A DNA stretch of 63,628 nt, counting the filler. It is 11 parts of 11 records of this genome, joined end to end, with 100 filler letters (N's around TTAATTAATTAA, not from the genome) between each part and the next. Parts side by side here need not be neighbours in the genome. Positions count along the whole stretch, not along the records: positions 51,750 to 54,888 come from SRR7504441_9616; positions 54,989 to 60,493 come from SRR7504441_9619; positions 60,594 to 63,628 come from SRR7504441_9636; 8 more parts are not named here. One strand, 5' to 3'. This document shows positions 52,241 through 63,628 of this stretch, in pieces. The notes beneath the pieces were generated by a model. That model did no database searches. It was not told where the DNA came from and saw nothing but the letters and a program-made list of their open reading frames with translations. Each line of letters opens with the position of its first letter. The stretch's first letter is position 1. Position numbers and translations under genes: made by a program.

Positions 52241-52479
52241 GCGCCCAGCTGAGCCAGGATCTTCGGATACTTATACTAGGATCATTATGATCGTCGACGT
52301 ATTGTAGATAATTATTGATTCTTTAGAGCTATTGTGCACATATTTAGATTGAAGGAATCGTTGCAGGCTTGCACGCATGGGTGCACGGAAGTCGCTATAC
52401 AAAGTAATCGGCTACTTATTAGTACAGGCACCATGCGGCTCTTCCGGTGATACAGTACAGTACCCGCATTAATCGTCGC

Positions 52480-53041
52480 TCATAAATCCGAGTCCGGATC
52501 GGCTGACGCCTTGGCCGACAGTCCAATCTCCGTTCCGTGCAGCTCCGCCAGCTCCATCTCGGCCGACCCCCGGAGCAGCACCTTCTTGCCGTTCACTGCC
52601 CCCTTCCAACGCCCGTCACCGCTCTCAACGCCTATTGTAACACGGCCGTCGTCAGCTGGTCTAACGGCTCTCCACCGCTCGAACTCCCGCGCCGCCCGTT
52701 CGGCCTTCAGACTGTCCAGCTGCGGGCTGTTCGGCCGGCGGGATAACGGCTCAGGCTCTCCAAAGCAGAGGCAGCAGCCGCGCTCGCTGGCCACAGCAGC
52801 TTCGGTGCTCGGATCGCCCGCTAGCCTGAGGCAGTCACGGCTGTGCCCACCGCGCCAGTGGCGCTTCTGACAGTCCGAACTGGCCCCGCGTCAGCTCCTG
52901 CATACCCGGCCGGCACCTGCAGTACCAGCAAGCACGCTCGGGCGGCTGTTGGCCTCGGCCGGGGATGCAGCCGCCACAGACGAACCGGCCAGGGGCGCCG
53001 CACTCGGAACATTTGAGCGGGACCGGCGCCGCATCGCTCAT
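52480..53041 (-). CDS. MYND zinc-finger protein, 1 intron
   Basis: CSEC...CGGC...WYCS|SDCQKRHWRGGHSRDC. Confidence 0.82.
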
Positions 53042-53633
53042 CAGATCGAGGCCGGTGCGCCCCTTTGGGCCCGACGGCAGACCCTACTGCCGTAGCACTA
53101 CTTGATAATACACCACTGTAGATCTACGGAGTGTCTTCCTGTCAGTGTCTATCGCTAATAATTGTAAAAGTACCATAAAATACGTAGCATTTAGAGAATT
53201 CGTAGAAACCTCGTTTCAATGGAATAGTGTCTCCTCTGCGCTCTCTCCTCCTTTGACTTCGTCCGTGTATCGTTCTCACCTCGCCGAGCACTTTCCTGGC
53301 TCTGACGAGCTGCTTCGCAATTAATGTTAGTTTCCGTTTTAATATTTCAGTGTACACGGTCTCCCGTTAGGATTCTGTTGACGACTCGACTCATGCCTAG
53401 GCTGCTTTGATCTAGGTGCCCGCCGGTGGTTCGGTCGCCTGATCTCGGTCTGGTTAGATTCATCTTTAGAATAAAGCACTCTTCAAAAGGCAATCGCTCT
53501 ACTGATCAAAGCTACACCTTCCCGGCGACCTCCGCGCAGACCTCCTCGCTTGTGCCCGCACAATAACAAATAACCGATTGAATGAAATAAGAAGAGCATT
53601 CCATTTTAATATTAAAAGCAATCATTTAAGGTT

Positions 53634-54758
53634 CTATATATGCATTAATTCTATGCCTGGCTGTGTCTGCAGCGCGTCCGAGCCACTTTGAGCCAACGGA
53701 TTCGGCTCGAGCGCGTCTATTTCTGGCTCCCCATCCACCGCGTCCAACTCCACCTCCGCCCGCCCCCCATAATCATCCCGTTCCTCCCCTCCGCCGCCCT
53801 CCTCCGCAGCCGGGACAGATCTCGCACCCATTCTCGCGACCGCCGCCTCAGCCGGATCAGCCTCCCACCCCCCTTTGGTATACGCCGGCGGCGGCTCGAA
53901 CTGTCTCACCGGCGGCGCCGGGTCGTCGCCCATGGCCGGCACCGGCGGTGGTTGCTCTCTGAGATGCCACTGAGTCCGAAATGAATTATTATTATTCGAT
54001 GTCCGTTGGAAGAGGTGATTGCCTCTGAGCAGCTCAGCCCGGCATTGATTGAGCCACTTCCTGTACGCGCACCATGTGAGCAGCAGGCACAGCGCTAGAA
54101 TCGTGATGCTCCCGGCCGCCGCCGCCGCCACGACCACCACCGTCGACCTGCCAGGCGACTCCTGTTGCTCGCCACCGGAGTAGCGCGGCGGTTGCAGAAT
54201 CACAGCTCGGGTCACTCGCTGGCCTGCCATTCCTGCACCTGCCAGCTGTGTGTTGAAAAGCTCCAAGAATCGAGCTGACCCGGCCACAGCGCTCGTGATC
54301 TCTTCGCAGACTAGGGAGGCTGACTCAACGCTGTCGGCTAGGATATGGAATCCCACCGTCGCCTTGTAAACCACCTTGCGGGTGATGTTCTCTGTGCCTT
54401 GTTGGAGCGCCCAAACCGACCGGCTAGAGATGCTATAGTCCGTTACCTCCACCCGCCAGTCTGTTACCGCCAGCAGCTGGGCCCAGCTTTCTATAAATAA
54501 ACTCTGCACTGCCGGCCCGAACGACGAGAGACCTTCGAGCAGCAGCTGGGTCTCCACCAGCTCGGCGGACGGCGGCAGCGCGGTCGGCAGCGCGGTGGCC
54601 ATGGCAGTTGGCGGTGAGCTCGACGGGGCGGCCGTTGGGGAAGCCGAGCCGTCGGCCCACGGCGCCGGTTGCCCGTCGTCCGAGGCCGGCGGAGCGGACC
54701 CGTGGGCGAGCGCGGCGACCGCGGCGATCGCCGTGAGGCGGGCCAGCCCTCGCCCCAT
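53634..54758 (-). CDS. Type I membrane protein: signal peptide, S/P/T stalk, SEA-like ectodomain, TM helix, PPAY motif in the tail
   Basis: MGRGLARLTAIAAVAALAHG; VVVVAAAAAGSITILALCLLLTWCAY; EPPPAY. Confidence 0.65.
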   Translation of the reverse strand: MGRGLARLTAIAAVAALAHGSAPPASDDGQPAPWADGSASPTAAPSSSPPTAMATALPTALPPSAELVETQLLLEGLSSFGPAVQSLFIESWAQLLAVTDWRVEVTDYSISSRSVWALQQGTENITRKVVYKATVGFHILADSVESASLVCEEITSAVAGSARFLELFNTQLAGAGMAGQRVTRAVILQPPRYSGGEQQESPGRSTVVVVAAAAAGSITILALCLLLTWCAYRKWLNQCRAELLRGNHLFQRTSNNNNSFRTQWHLREQPPPVPAMGDDPAPPVRQFEPPPAYTKGGWEADPAEAAVARMGARSVPAAEEGGGGEERDDYGGRAEVELDAVDGEPEIDALEPNPLAQSGSDALQTQPGIELMHI

Positions 54759-54988
54759 GGCTTTCCGAATCCCACCCCCCAAGCCTCTGCAGAGGGATCG
54801 GTTTCTAAAGACTTTGAGTCCTCTAGATCTAGATCTATGCGTACTCGTACATTACCTACCTGGTAAGGACAAAGATATTGGCCTCAATNNNNNNNNNNNN
54901 NNNNNNNNNNNNNNNNNNNNNNNNNNNNNNNNTTAATTAATTAANNNNNNNNNNNNNNNNNNNNNNNNNNNNNNNNNNNNNNNNNNNN

Positions 54989-57262
54989 TACCGCAATTCT
55001 CCTTAGTCGGTTGGCGATCCTCGTTGTTGCTTTTGAAATAAATCTCTTCCTTTCCAAATTCCTGTCCTTTCATCTGCTCTGAAAATTCTAAATAATCTAT
55101 CTGGCCTGCACACCAACTGTCATATAGTTGCTATCATACCGTGCTGACCTGAATTGTCCTTATCAAACAATTGAATCACTCTACCAAACTCGGGATCGCT
55201 CATCTTAATAGCCAGCCCCTGCACCTCCATATCAGTTGGTCAGCCCTATCACACAAGACCTGCTCCAGTCCTCTTCTAAACTCTGCATAGTCAAGCTTGC
55301 CACTCCAGTCATGGTCAAACCTCGCCATCAGCTTCCGCACGTTCGGTGCTCGCTGCTCCGCTTTCTCTCTAATCGCCAAGATTAATTCGCGATCCCGCTT
55401 CTCAGTCGCGGAGAGCATGTGCGGCGCAGCTGCCTGCTGAGCGTTATGGAACGCCTGTGCTCGAGGGTCAAATCGGTCAAGCATGGAGCGTCACCTGGTT
55501 GTGAATCGCAGACCCGCGCAGCTCGTCAGGATCGGCCCCGTCTGGTGCCTGGACGTGCCGGACGAACTCGCTGTAATCAACGAACCCAGTGTTGTCCTTG
55601 TCCATGCGCTGCACCAGCCGCTTGAACTCCTGCAGCCACCGGTCATTGCCCTGGCTCCAGGCAGCCCACACCGGCTGGCTCATCTCCAGCCCCACTCGCT
55701 GCAGGCCGCGCCGCAGTTCGCTCCGCGAGAGCATCGAATCGCCGTCTACATCAAACTTGCGGAACTCGTCCACCAGCGCTGCGCTTTTGCTCTGGACCGC
55801 AGAGTGCAGCTTGGAGTCGATCGAGCGATCTAGCCGCTGCTCCTCTGTCAACTCACCCGTAGGCTCTGTGCCCGCGCCCTCTATTCTAAAAGCCTGCTCC
55901 GAGCGGTCCCCGAGCGAGCGGTACTGGTACTCGTCGGGCTGCTTCATCTGGTCAGCGAATTCAACGTAGTCAATGATCCCGGACCCGTTCCTGTCGACGT
56001 GCCGGACCAGCAAATCCATCTCCGGGGTCCTGAGCGGCATCCCGAGCCCCTCAGCCAGCCCCTGCCGGAACTCCTGGTGGTTGATTGTCCCGTCGTGGTT
56101 CTTGTCGAACTTGATGAAATGATTCTTGATCTTCCCGCCCTTCTGATCCACTTTCTCCTTTACACCCCGCTCTCAGCCCGGCTCGCAGCCGGCCCTTGCC
56201 TGCATTTGTCTGGTTAGCTGCCGCACCACCGCAGCCTCCTCTCGAGCCACGCTGCCTGGAGTTTTGATTGTCGGTGGCTGCACCAGGTCCATATCCACGC
56301 TCCGGATCATCGGAGGGGCAGGTCGGCTCGGCTCGGTGGGCGCAATGTCGGAGCTGGCCTGCAGCGGTTTATACACCGGGTCGAGTGGGTTGGTGCAGCG
56401 GTCTGTCCTCATCGACCGCACCAGTGTGTTGGCTTGCGCTTTGTCGATATCGTCAGTCCGGAGCACCTGCGACGCTTCAGCCCAACCCGCGCCGCCAGCC
56501 GACCTGGCGGGTCTTGCAGCTGCTGGTGCGCTTGGTGATGAAGTCGGGCACGCAGCCCTCGATGTCCCGGCTCCGCAGCCGCAGGTCAGGGTTGTCGCTC
56601 AGCTGTCTGAACGGCGCTGGCGACGAGCCTTTAATCCGCCACGATTCGTTGGTCCCTGGGTCGTACTGGTACTCGGGATCAAGCGGGTTGGCCCCGCGCC
56701 GCTGGCTCTTGAACAGGCCCTCGCTGTTGATGTCCTGCACCCGCAAAGAGTCGTGCTCCTCTGGCTGAATCACCCGCCGCCGCCGCCGCCCGCCGCCTAT
56801 GATGTCGTCGGTGCGCATGATGTCGCGGGCTGGGGCAGCGGACAGCGACGAGAACCTGCTCATCTTTTTGTCGTTGATGTCCGCCACGGTGTGCCGGCTG
56901 TGCGGCGGCGCCAGCAAAGGCCGACCGGTCCGCGAGTGGATCTCGAGCTGCCGACGGTTAGCCCGGCCGACCTGAAGCAGGCACCTGCTCCGGGGGCGGG
57001 GCCTGGGGCAGCTGGTACTTGGGCTCGAGCGGGTCGTTGTACTGCCGGTGCGACAGAAAGGCCCCGTGCCGGTTGCTCCGGAACACCCCGTTCGGGTCCA
57101 CGTAGCCCGAGCTGGCTCCCTGGATGTCCCCCACGTGCAGCGGGTCGTGCGGTCGCCTGCCGCCAGTCAGCCCCCGCCTCGCATTCCCCGCCACCGGTCC
57201 GACTCCTTGAGCCACGATTCACGCGCCCCGAACGGAAGCGCCTCCGGCGGGACGCCAGCCAT
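54989..57262 (-). CDS. Protein with N-terminal DIxG / NPLxPxY repeats and multiple EF-hands; 3' partial; multi-exon
   Basis: GDIQGA, DPLEPKY, RTDDIIG, NPLDPEY, TNPLDPVY; DKNHDGTINHQEF, DRNGSGIIDYVEF, DVDGDSML, DKDNTGFVDYSEF. Confidence 0.8.
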
Positions 57263-57333
57263 ATCCCGCAAATAGGCTTTTCATCCGTTTTAACAACCGT
57301 TAGGACCCTGCGTGACCGTCCAGACGTGGTGTG

Positions 57334-60300
57334 ATGGGCGTGCGCGGGCTGACCGGCTGGCTGCGGGAGCACGGGCAGCTGGGCTCGGCCCGCCGGCACC
57401 CTGAGCCGGATCCGATCCCCGGGCTGGTCTCGGCCGCCCGGCCTGCCCTCAGCGGGGCCGCAGGTGATCGACGGTTACGCGCTCGGGTTCCAGATCTATG
57501 CCCGGACCGCCAGCCCCATCGGCCGGTGCCCCCCCCGGCGGCGGCCGGGAGCAGCGAGGCAGCTGCGGCGGGGCGTACGCTGGGCTGCACCGGGCGGCGG
57601 TCCGCCTGTTCACTCAGCTGCAGGCGACCGACGCAGCCGGCCAGGCGAGCGGGCGCAGGCGCTAGGGGTTCCGCTGCTGCTGCTGCTCGACGGGGTCGGC
57701 CGGCGCCGGATGGCGGGGCGAACCAGAGGCAGGTGGCGGGTCGGGCCAAGAAAGCCACCCAGACTGAGCGCGAGCGCCGGCGGGCCGACTGGATACAGGC
57801 GCCGCCCGCACTGGCCGCTCCCGATCCGCCGGGCAGCGGGTCTGGTTCGGGCCGCGATCGGCTGATGTGACGGACGAGGCGCCTGGTGGCCGTGGGCCGG
57901 CGCGAAGAGCGACAGGTGGTGGCGCCGCTGATGTTTGAAGCCGCGCTGATGGCTGCGGCGCGCGAGGCCGGGATTGAGGCGGCTGTGGAGCCCGGCGAGG
58001 CAGACAAGGCTGCGGCTGGCCCAGGGCGCCAGCTTATTTGGGGCAGGCGATCGCGGAGGTGGCGGGCGGGCGGGGCTGGCTGGTGCTGTCCAACGACTCA
58101 GACTTTGCGGTCTACCAGACACCCGGCTGGATTCCGCTGGATAGCTTGAAGGCACCGGCCCGCCCGATCCCAGCTAGACCCGGCGGCAGCTGCCAGCCGA
58201 CAGCGAGCAGCAGCTGTGGTACGGGCTGGTGCATCCGCAGGCGGTGGCCGATGCGCTGCTGGCGGGCAAGGTGGCCGCGCAGTGGCGGCGCGGGAGGCTC
58301 TGACAGGTCGAATCGCTCGGGCTGCTCGGGGCGCTGTGCGGCAACGACTATACCAGCAACCTCGGGCTGAACCAGTGGCACCAGCAGCTAGGCACGCGGC
58401 AGCTGGTTGCAGAGGTGCGACCTGGGCCAACCGACCGCTGACAGCCGGTGCAGGTGGGGCTTTGGATCCAGCAGCACCCCAACCCAGTCGAGCTGGCAAT
58501 CCAACCGAACCAGCCAATCTAACGGCAGCCAGGCGCTTCGAGCGGTCCACCCGACCCGTCGGGATGAGCTGGACGAGGCCATACGATACTGCTTGTTGGA
58601 GTATGAAACATCCAACCCATCCCAGCAGATCCCAGCGGGTGGCTCGTTGCGCACTCGACCGCTCACCAGCGGCACAGGAGAGCCAGCATCCGACCAACTG
58701 CTGCTTCATGATGGCCGGTGACCGCAGTGCAGATGGCGCCAACAGGCCGGGCAGCAAGTGGCCGGAATGGCTGGTAGATAGCTTTGCCAACGGAAACCTA
58801 GGTGGCTAGTGCCGTGATCGGAGCTGAGCCATAGCAGGGCTTGCGGCGCGGGCGGCCCTCTCGGGAGAGTTCTGGTGCAGGCGGGGCTTCGGTCGAATCG
58901 CGCTCGAGCGCGGGGACAGCTCTTCGATCGAGGACTGTCGGGGCAGCTCGCTGTGGGAGCCGTCGCGTGATATCCGGAGAGCCATCTGCACAGTGCTGTT
59001 CCCGCAGGCGAGCTTGCCAGCCGGATTCGGTCGAGATTTTTCAGGGCGGGCTGGCGGTGGAGAATTGCCGGATGGCCCGGACTGTGGAGTTCAAGCCGCA
59101 GCACACAGAGTTTGCACCGATTGGAGGTAGCCGCGCCGTGGTGTTGGAGTATGCGACGGCGAGTAGGTCGGCTGCCAGCGCTCGAGCAAGTGGACAGTCT
59201 GAGCACCCAAGAGCGCCGAGAGGCCTTGGTGGCGGTGCTGTTGCCCGGCCGAGGTCACGAGCGACTGTTAGACTCCTGGGCGAGCTTGACTTGTCAGGAC
59301 AAATGGCAATGGGGACTGTGGGCCAGCTGCCGGCCGGGCTGCAGTTGGCGGCGGTCTGTGTGTGCTTCATCGCACTTCAGTGGCAGTCCGCTGACGCGCT
59401 GCCTGCGCCCAAGGCCGTGACCGGGCTGTGTGCAGTGTTCTCAAGCCTAACACGGTGCCAAATCCTAGTTACAATTGCTGATCCTCCCGCAGCGCCGAGG
59501 AGCTGACAACCGAAGCTGATAGCTATGCAGACTGGAAGCGACCAAAGGAGTGAGTGCTCCGCTTGTGCAAGAGGCTGCTCATCGGCCAAGGCCAGTTGGA
59601 AGAGACGGGACGGCGTGCTGTGCGGGCTTCTTTCCCAGTGGCATGCAGTGCGCAGTGCCGCATGCTACTCTCAGCTTTCTGGCAGGTGATGGCTTCAGCC
59701 TCTGGGCTTAATGCAGTGCTCGGACAACCGTTTGAGCCACTCGAGCCCCGCCGGTCTGTTGGACATGGGCTGCGGCCTTAACGGCTCACAGGTTCTTTGG
59801 AGGCCTTCAGACACTGCAGGTGTTCGCCAGGGCAGTCGACGGCTCCGACTGTTCTGAGCACAATCCGAGCGAAGCCGCACTGGCTGAAATGGGCAGAGTT
59901 TGCACTAGGTGCCTGTGCTGGGGCTGTGCTGTGGCGAGTGCTCACAGGGTGTTGGCCTCTCCGGTAGCTGGACTCAAATCAGCGCATGAACTGCTGTCAA
60001 CGGGCAGTGCGTGAAGGCAGCTGCTATGCATTGACTAAGACTGGTGCAGAGGAATACACTGGAACTGCCAGCTACGATGGCGAGCAGTCCAGCTACACAT
60101 TGCTTGTTACTAGGTCCCCCAGCTAGTTGCTAGTAGAAGGACATGGCTGGCTGCCATTAGATTCTATGACACGGATGGCTGCAGTGACATGGACGAAGCC
60201 GGTCAGTGCCGCGGGCGCCACCAAATATTTGGGCAAAATCTGCCGGTGCGTATCTGGACTGAGCCAGTAGATACCGGTGAGGTGGTCGTTCGGATCGAGG

Positions 60301-60422
60301 ACGAAGATTCGCGGTTTGTGGGCACGCTCTCAGAGTCTGTGCTCAAGGGCAAGACCTTCTCGCTGGATGAAGAGCGCGGAAGTTGGCAGCTGGAGGGCGA
60401 ATTCAGAATCGATTTACCCTAG
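57334..60422 (+). CDS. ASTE1: Asteroid/XPG-like PIN nuclease family protein, intron-dense with at least 5 GC-AG introns; 3' end uncertain
   Basis: MGVRGLTGWL, VIDG, LLDG, GEADK|AIAE, VLSNDSDFAVY, LCGNDY. Confidence 0.8.
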
Positions 60423-60824
60423 GACTTCTTGAAGTCGAGACTTGTATGAAGAGAGTATAATCAGTTTTAATGCGAAATATGCCCGAGCCTAATNNNNNNN
60501 NNNNNNNNNNNNNNNNNNNNNNNNNNNNNNNNNNNNNTTAATTAATTAANNNNNNNNNNNNNNNNNNNNNNNNNNNNNNNNNNNNNNNNNNNNTTGGCAT
60601 ACAAGGCACCTCTGGCTTGGAATCTGATGCTCATACTCTCCATACCCGTCTTCCAAATCGAATTTTTTTTGCGAGCGGCGGTTAAAAGTCGTGAAAAAAA
60701 TTAAAGTGCTCAACTGCATTGGGCACCGCATGATTGCCAACGCGGGGGAGGCGGACCCGCTCGTGCTCTCCTAGTGGCCGTCGCCGCGCTTGGATCCCAC
60801 AGCTCAGCAATTGCAACGTAACTC

Positions 60825-61394
60825 GTGCCGAATCGCCGAATCGGAGAGTACCGGAGTACATCGGCCCGGGCGGCGATTGCGGCGGTGGGTGCTGACTATG
60901 ACAATGTCAGGTCGGGAAAGCAATGCCTCACAGACGCCCAGATTATGAAATTGTTCGAGCCGGCCTACCAGTCCGCCGTGGCCGAGGCGAGGCGTGTGGT
61001 CTCATCATTCTCTCGTCTTTGCTGCGGCGTGCAGGAGGTCATGATCGACATGACTTACAATCTCGGCTCGCTATCCTCGTTCACCACATTCGTCTCCCTC
61101 ATCAACCAAGGCCGGTGGGCCGATGCTGCAAGAGACGGGCGCGGCACGGCGTGGTGCAGGCAGACCGGCGGGCGGTGCACGGATGATATGCAAAGAGTGC
61201 AGGCTGGCTGCGGTGGCCCCACCCCGACACCGCCGACACCGCCGTCGCCATCGCCGCCTTCGTCGAGCTGCAAGGCCTGCGTGGCAGGCGGCGGCGGCGT
61301 GGCATGTGAGGAGAGGTGTCAAAGCTGTGACTCTGCCTGTCAAGCTTGCATCAAAGGAGGCGGGGGCAAGGCATGTGCTTCGCGATGCTGCTAG
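60825..61394 (+). CDS. Phage-type (GH24-like) lysozyme C-terminal lobe, Pro linker and Cys-rich tail; 5' end unresolved
   Basis: LTDAQIMKLF, VQEVMIDMTYNLG, FVSLINQGRWADAA, AWCRQTGGR. Confidence 0.7.
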   Translation: MPNRRIGEYRSTSARAAIAAVGADYDNVRSGKQCLTDAQIMKLFEPAYQSAVAEARRVVSSFSRLCCGVQEVMIDMTYNLGSLSSFTTFVSLINQGRWADAARDGRGTAWCRQTGGRCTDDMQRVQAGCGGPTPTPPTPPSPSPPSSSCKACVAGGGGVACEERCQSCDSACQACIKGGGGKACASRCC

Positions 61395-61721
61395 CTCCGT
61401 CTATGAAGTGACGCGTACATCTTTGGGGCCATGCAAATCTATCACGCTTTAGGACTCTTTGCAAGATTGGGTAGGTTGGCACCCCGAGAATTCATGTTAT
61501 TTAAACGTACATGTAGAGACGCACCTCATTCAAGTCAATAGAAGTTAGAGAACTCTAGATCTACATAGTACGCTCTGAACGACTCAATAAACGACTCAAG
61601 CAAGTCTTTCGTTCTATAACTCTGTATTCCTAATTGAGACCCAAAGGTCTACACACATTCTATACTTGTACATTTGAAGTCTAGATATTAAAAAAAGACA
61701 ACCCGAATCAGATGTTACGTA

Positions 61722-63467
61722 CTAGTGAGGTGCCGCCAGAATCCGCTCAGCCGCCACAGGCAGGCTGCCTGCCCGCCGGAGCTCCCTTTCGAGCTCCGAG
61801 CGCGGCAGCTGCGGGAAAAGCTCAGCCAGTTGCCCCACCTGCCCTGTCCTCGCACCGGGCGGGCGAATGCCGCTCGCACCATCTGTTCGACTGCCTGAGG
61901 GCTCTGGAAAGAAAATGGCAAGCTGGGCAGCCACGAGGCCTGCACCCCGCCGGCTCGGCCGGGCCCAAAGCGCATGCTACCAGGCCGGCTCCACCCGGCG
62001 ACTCGGGCGGCGCGGCCGGTGCAGGCGGCTCTGCTGGCTGCTCTGCCGGCGCCGCTTCGGGTTCCGCAGGCATTTCACTACTAGTGTTATTGGAGACAGT
62101 CGGGCTCGACAGCGGCGAACTCTGATCCCTGTCCTAGATGTGACGGTGGGGCGAGAGGGGCGGGCTTGTACCGGTTGTCTAGCGAGCATCGGCACTTTGG
62201 GCACGAGCGGTGATACTCTAGCCATCCAACCAGGCAGTCTAGGTGAAAGATATGGCCACACGGGGTGCGCCGGCCGGAGCTCAGCTCATCCATGCAGATC
62301 AGACACACGTCGTCGTACGCCTTGAGCTGCTCTGGGGTGGCCGCAGGGAAGCTGAGCTCTGCAGTGCTCCGAAGCCGGCAGCTGTTCCAGTGTCGCTTGA
62401 CACGGACCACCAGTCGGCCACTCACCTGCACCCACCGAGCTAGCCAGCGAGAGACCAGGCGGGTGCCTTGCGGATGTGCATGAACAGGACGATGTCAAAG
62501 AAGGAGAGGAACAGCCCGCTGTGCAGCCTGAGACAGCTCAGTGGGGACTGCGGCTGGGGCGGACCATATGTGCAAGTCGTTGCATATTCGGAGCATGAGG
62601 CAGCTGAAGTCTCGAGCGAACTCGATCTGGGTGAGTACCGGCTTCAGCTCGGTGTACGGGTGCGCCAGCTGCTTGAACACAAGTGAGCCGCCTTGAACGA
62701 GACAAATCAGCGGCTCGACAAGCAGGAAACAGAGCGTCGACGGCCTCGATTCCCAGAATAGGGCGATCAGAGCCAACAGCCACAGGGACGACAGTGCGAG
62801 CAGCCCGAGCACGAACCCGAGCAGCTGAAGCTGGACCGGGCTGTTCAGATTTGGGTCCTGCAGCAGCACCTGCCCCGCCTGAGCACGACTGCGCGCCCCA
62901 CGTGCTCACATGCTCCAGTCGCTGGCTGGCCACCGCGGTGAGCACCGACAAGAGCCCGGAGTAGGAGAGCAGCCCGGTCCAGATCACGATCTCGATCAAG
63001 CTCTGGTCCAGGACCTGCCCCGGGCTCCGGCCGGCCCGGCCGGTTGCGAACCATCCCGGCTAGTACCAGCGCCAGGACCGCCAACTCGATCAGCGTCTCG
63101 ACAAGCACCTGGCACTCAGCTCGGGCGGCGCGGGGGCTGGGCGGTACCTTGCCCTCGTCGGGTCGGAGGGTCCGGAACACTATCCCTCGGCACAGCTGCC
63201 AGCTGGCCACCAGCAGGCAAAGCCACAGGTTGAGCCCCGCCTGCGCCCGGTCAGCGCGGCGGAGGAGCGATCGGACCAGGAGGGTGAGTTTGCAGCTCAG
63301 CAGATGAGTGACCACCTGGGCCCGGACCGCCAGCGACAGCGACAGGAACTGGCGGGTGAGTGCCCCAGCGTGCAGGCTGAGCACCCCGGCCACTGTCACC
63401 CTGGTACGGCAGCAGTGAGCCCGGGGCGGGCAGGGGCTCGGCACCAGAGCCCGATCCGAGTGAGCAT
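61722..63467 (-). CDS. AMFR: ERAD E3 ligase of AMFR/gp78 type (TM domain, RING-H2, CUE), multi-exon (62426-62466 is GC-AG)
   Basis: FPAATPEQLKAYDDVCLICMDEL...TPCGHIFHLDCLVGWLE...CPKCR; QLAELFPQL...ELRRAGS...AAERIL (CUE). Confidence 0.85.
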
Positions 63468-63628
63468 CTCACCGCCCGCCCCCTTGACCCCTGCGCGTGT
63501 GGCGCTGTCGAGACTAGACCGCGGGCCCCTTGAGCAATCTTGGGGATTCTGCGGACCTCATCATCACTCTGCTGAGGAGGCCGTTACGGAGTCTCTGTTC
63601 TTTTGAGGCCAATTCTCAGGCTACTGAC

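Noticed and set aside
53142-53357. 71-aa basic ORF or an ncRNA in the MYND upstream region
   Set aside because: No ATG start and no recognisable protein, snRNA or tRNA motif.
54851-54888. ATTACCTACCTGG resembling the U1 snRNA 5' end (ATACTTACCTGG)
   Set aside because: Imperfect match, no U1 stem-loop I visible, and the contig ends right after it.

Overview
Eukaryotic genomic DNA, not prokaryotic. The window joins 11 contigs with artificial 100-nt linkers (N44-TTAATTAATTAA-N44), so adjacency across a linker means nothing. The source looks like a compact, GC-rich, probably flagellated and bacterivorous protist that I cannot place taxonomically. It uses the standard code (TAA, TAG and TGA all end conserved genes). 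Most genes are split by very short (~35-50 nt) spliceosomal introns, so the ORF track fragments or misses them; I rebuilt the gene models by hand. Recognisable genes: HPRT, RPS9, PRP31 head-to-head with an intronless SNU114, FHA, DENN, an Sfi1-like coiled-coil protein, cathepsin B-like protease, GH32, MFI/C11orf65, FAD monooxygenase, VSP1-like EF-hand pyrophosphatase, FUSC/ALMT transporter, lipocalin, VIT-VWA, Arf, MYND, Asteroid, phage-type lysozyme and AMFR/gp78. Most notable observations: (1) a polycystin-1-like REJ-GPS receptor with two RING-CH E3-ligase fingers where PLAT normally sits; (2) a tight intron-length regime with many GC-AG donors and almost no donor consensus; (3) an introner-like intron with TIRs and a 3-bp TSD in the cathepsin gene; (4) a LysM-LysM-PHD-2OG/Fe(II) dioxygenase-like protein; (5) an ankyrin-kinase-TIRx3 protein; (6) a hairpin in a double-length RPS9 intron. 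All domain calls come from motif recognition by eye; no database search was run.
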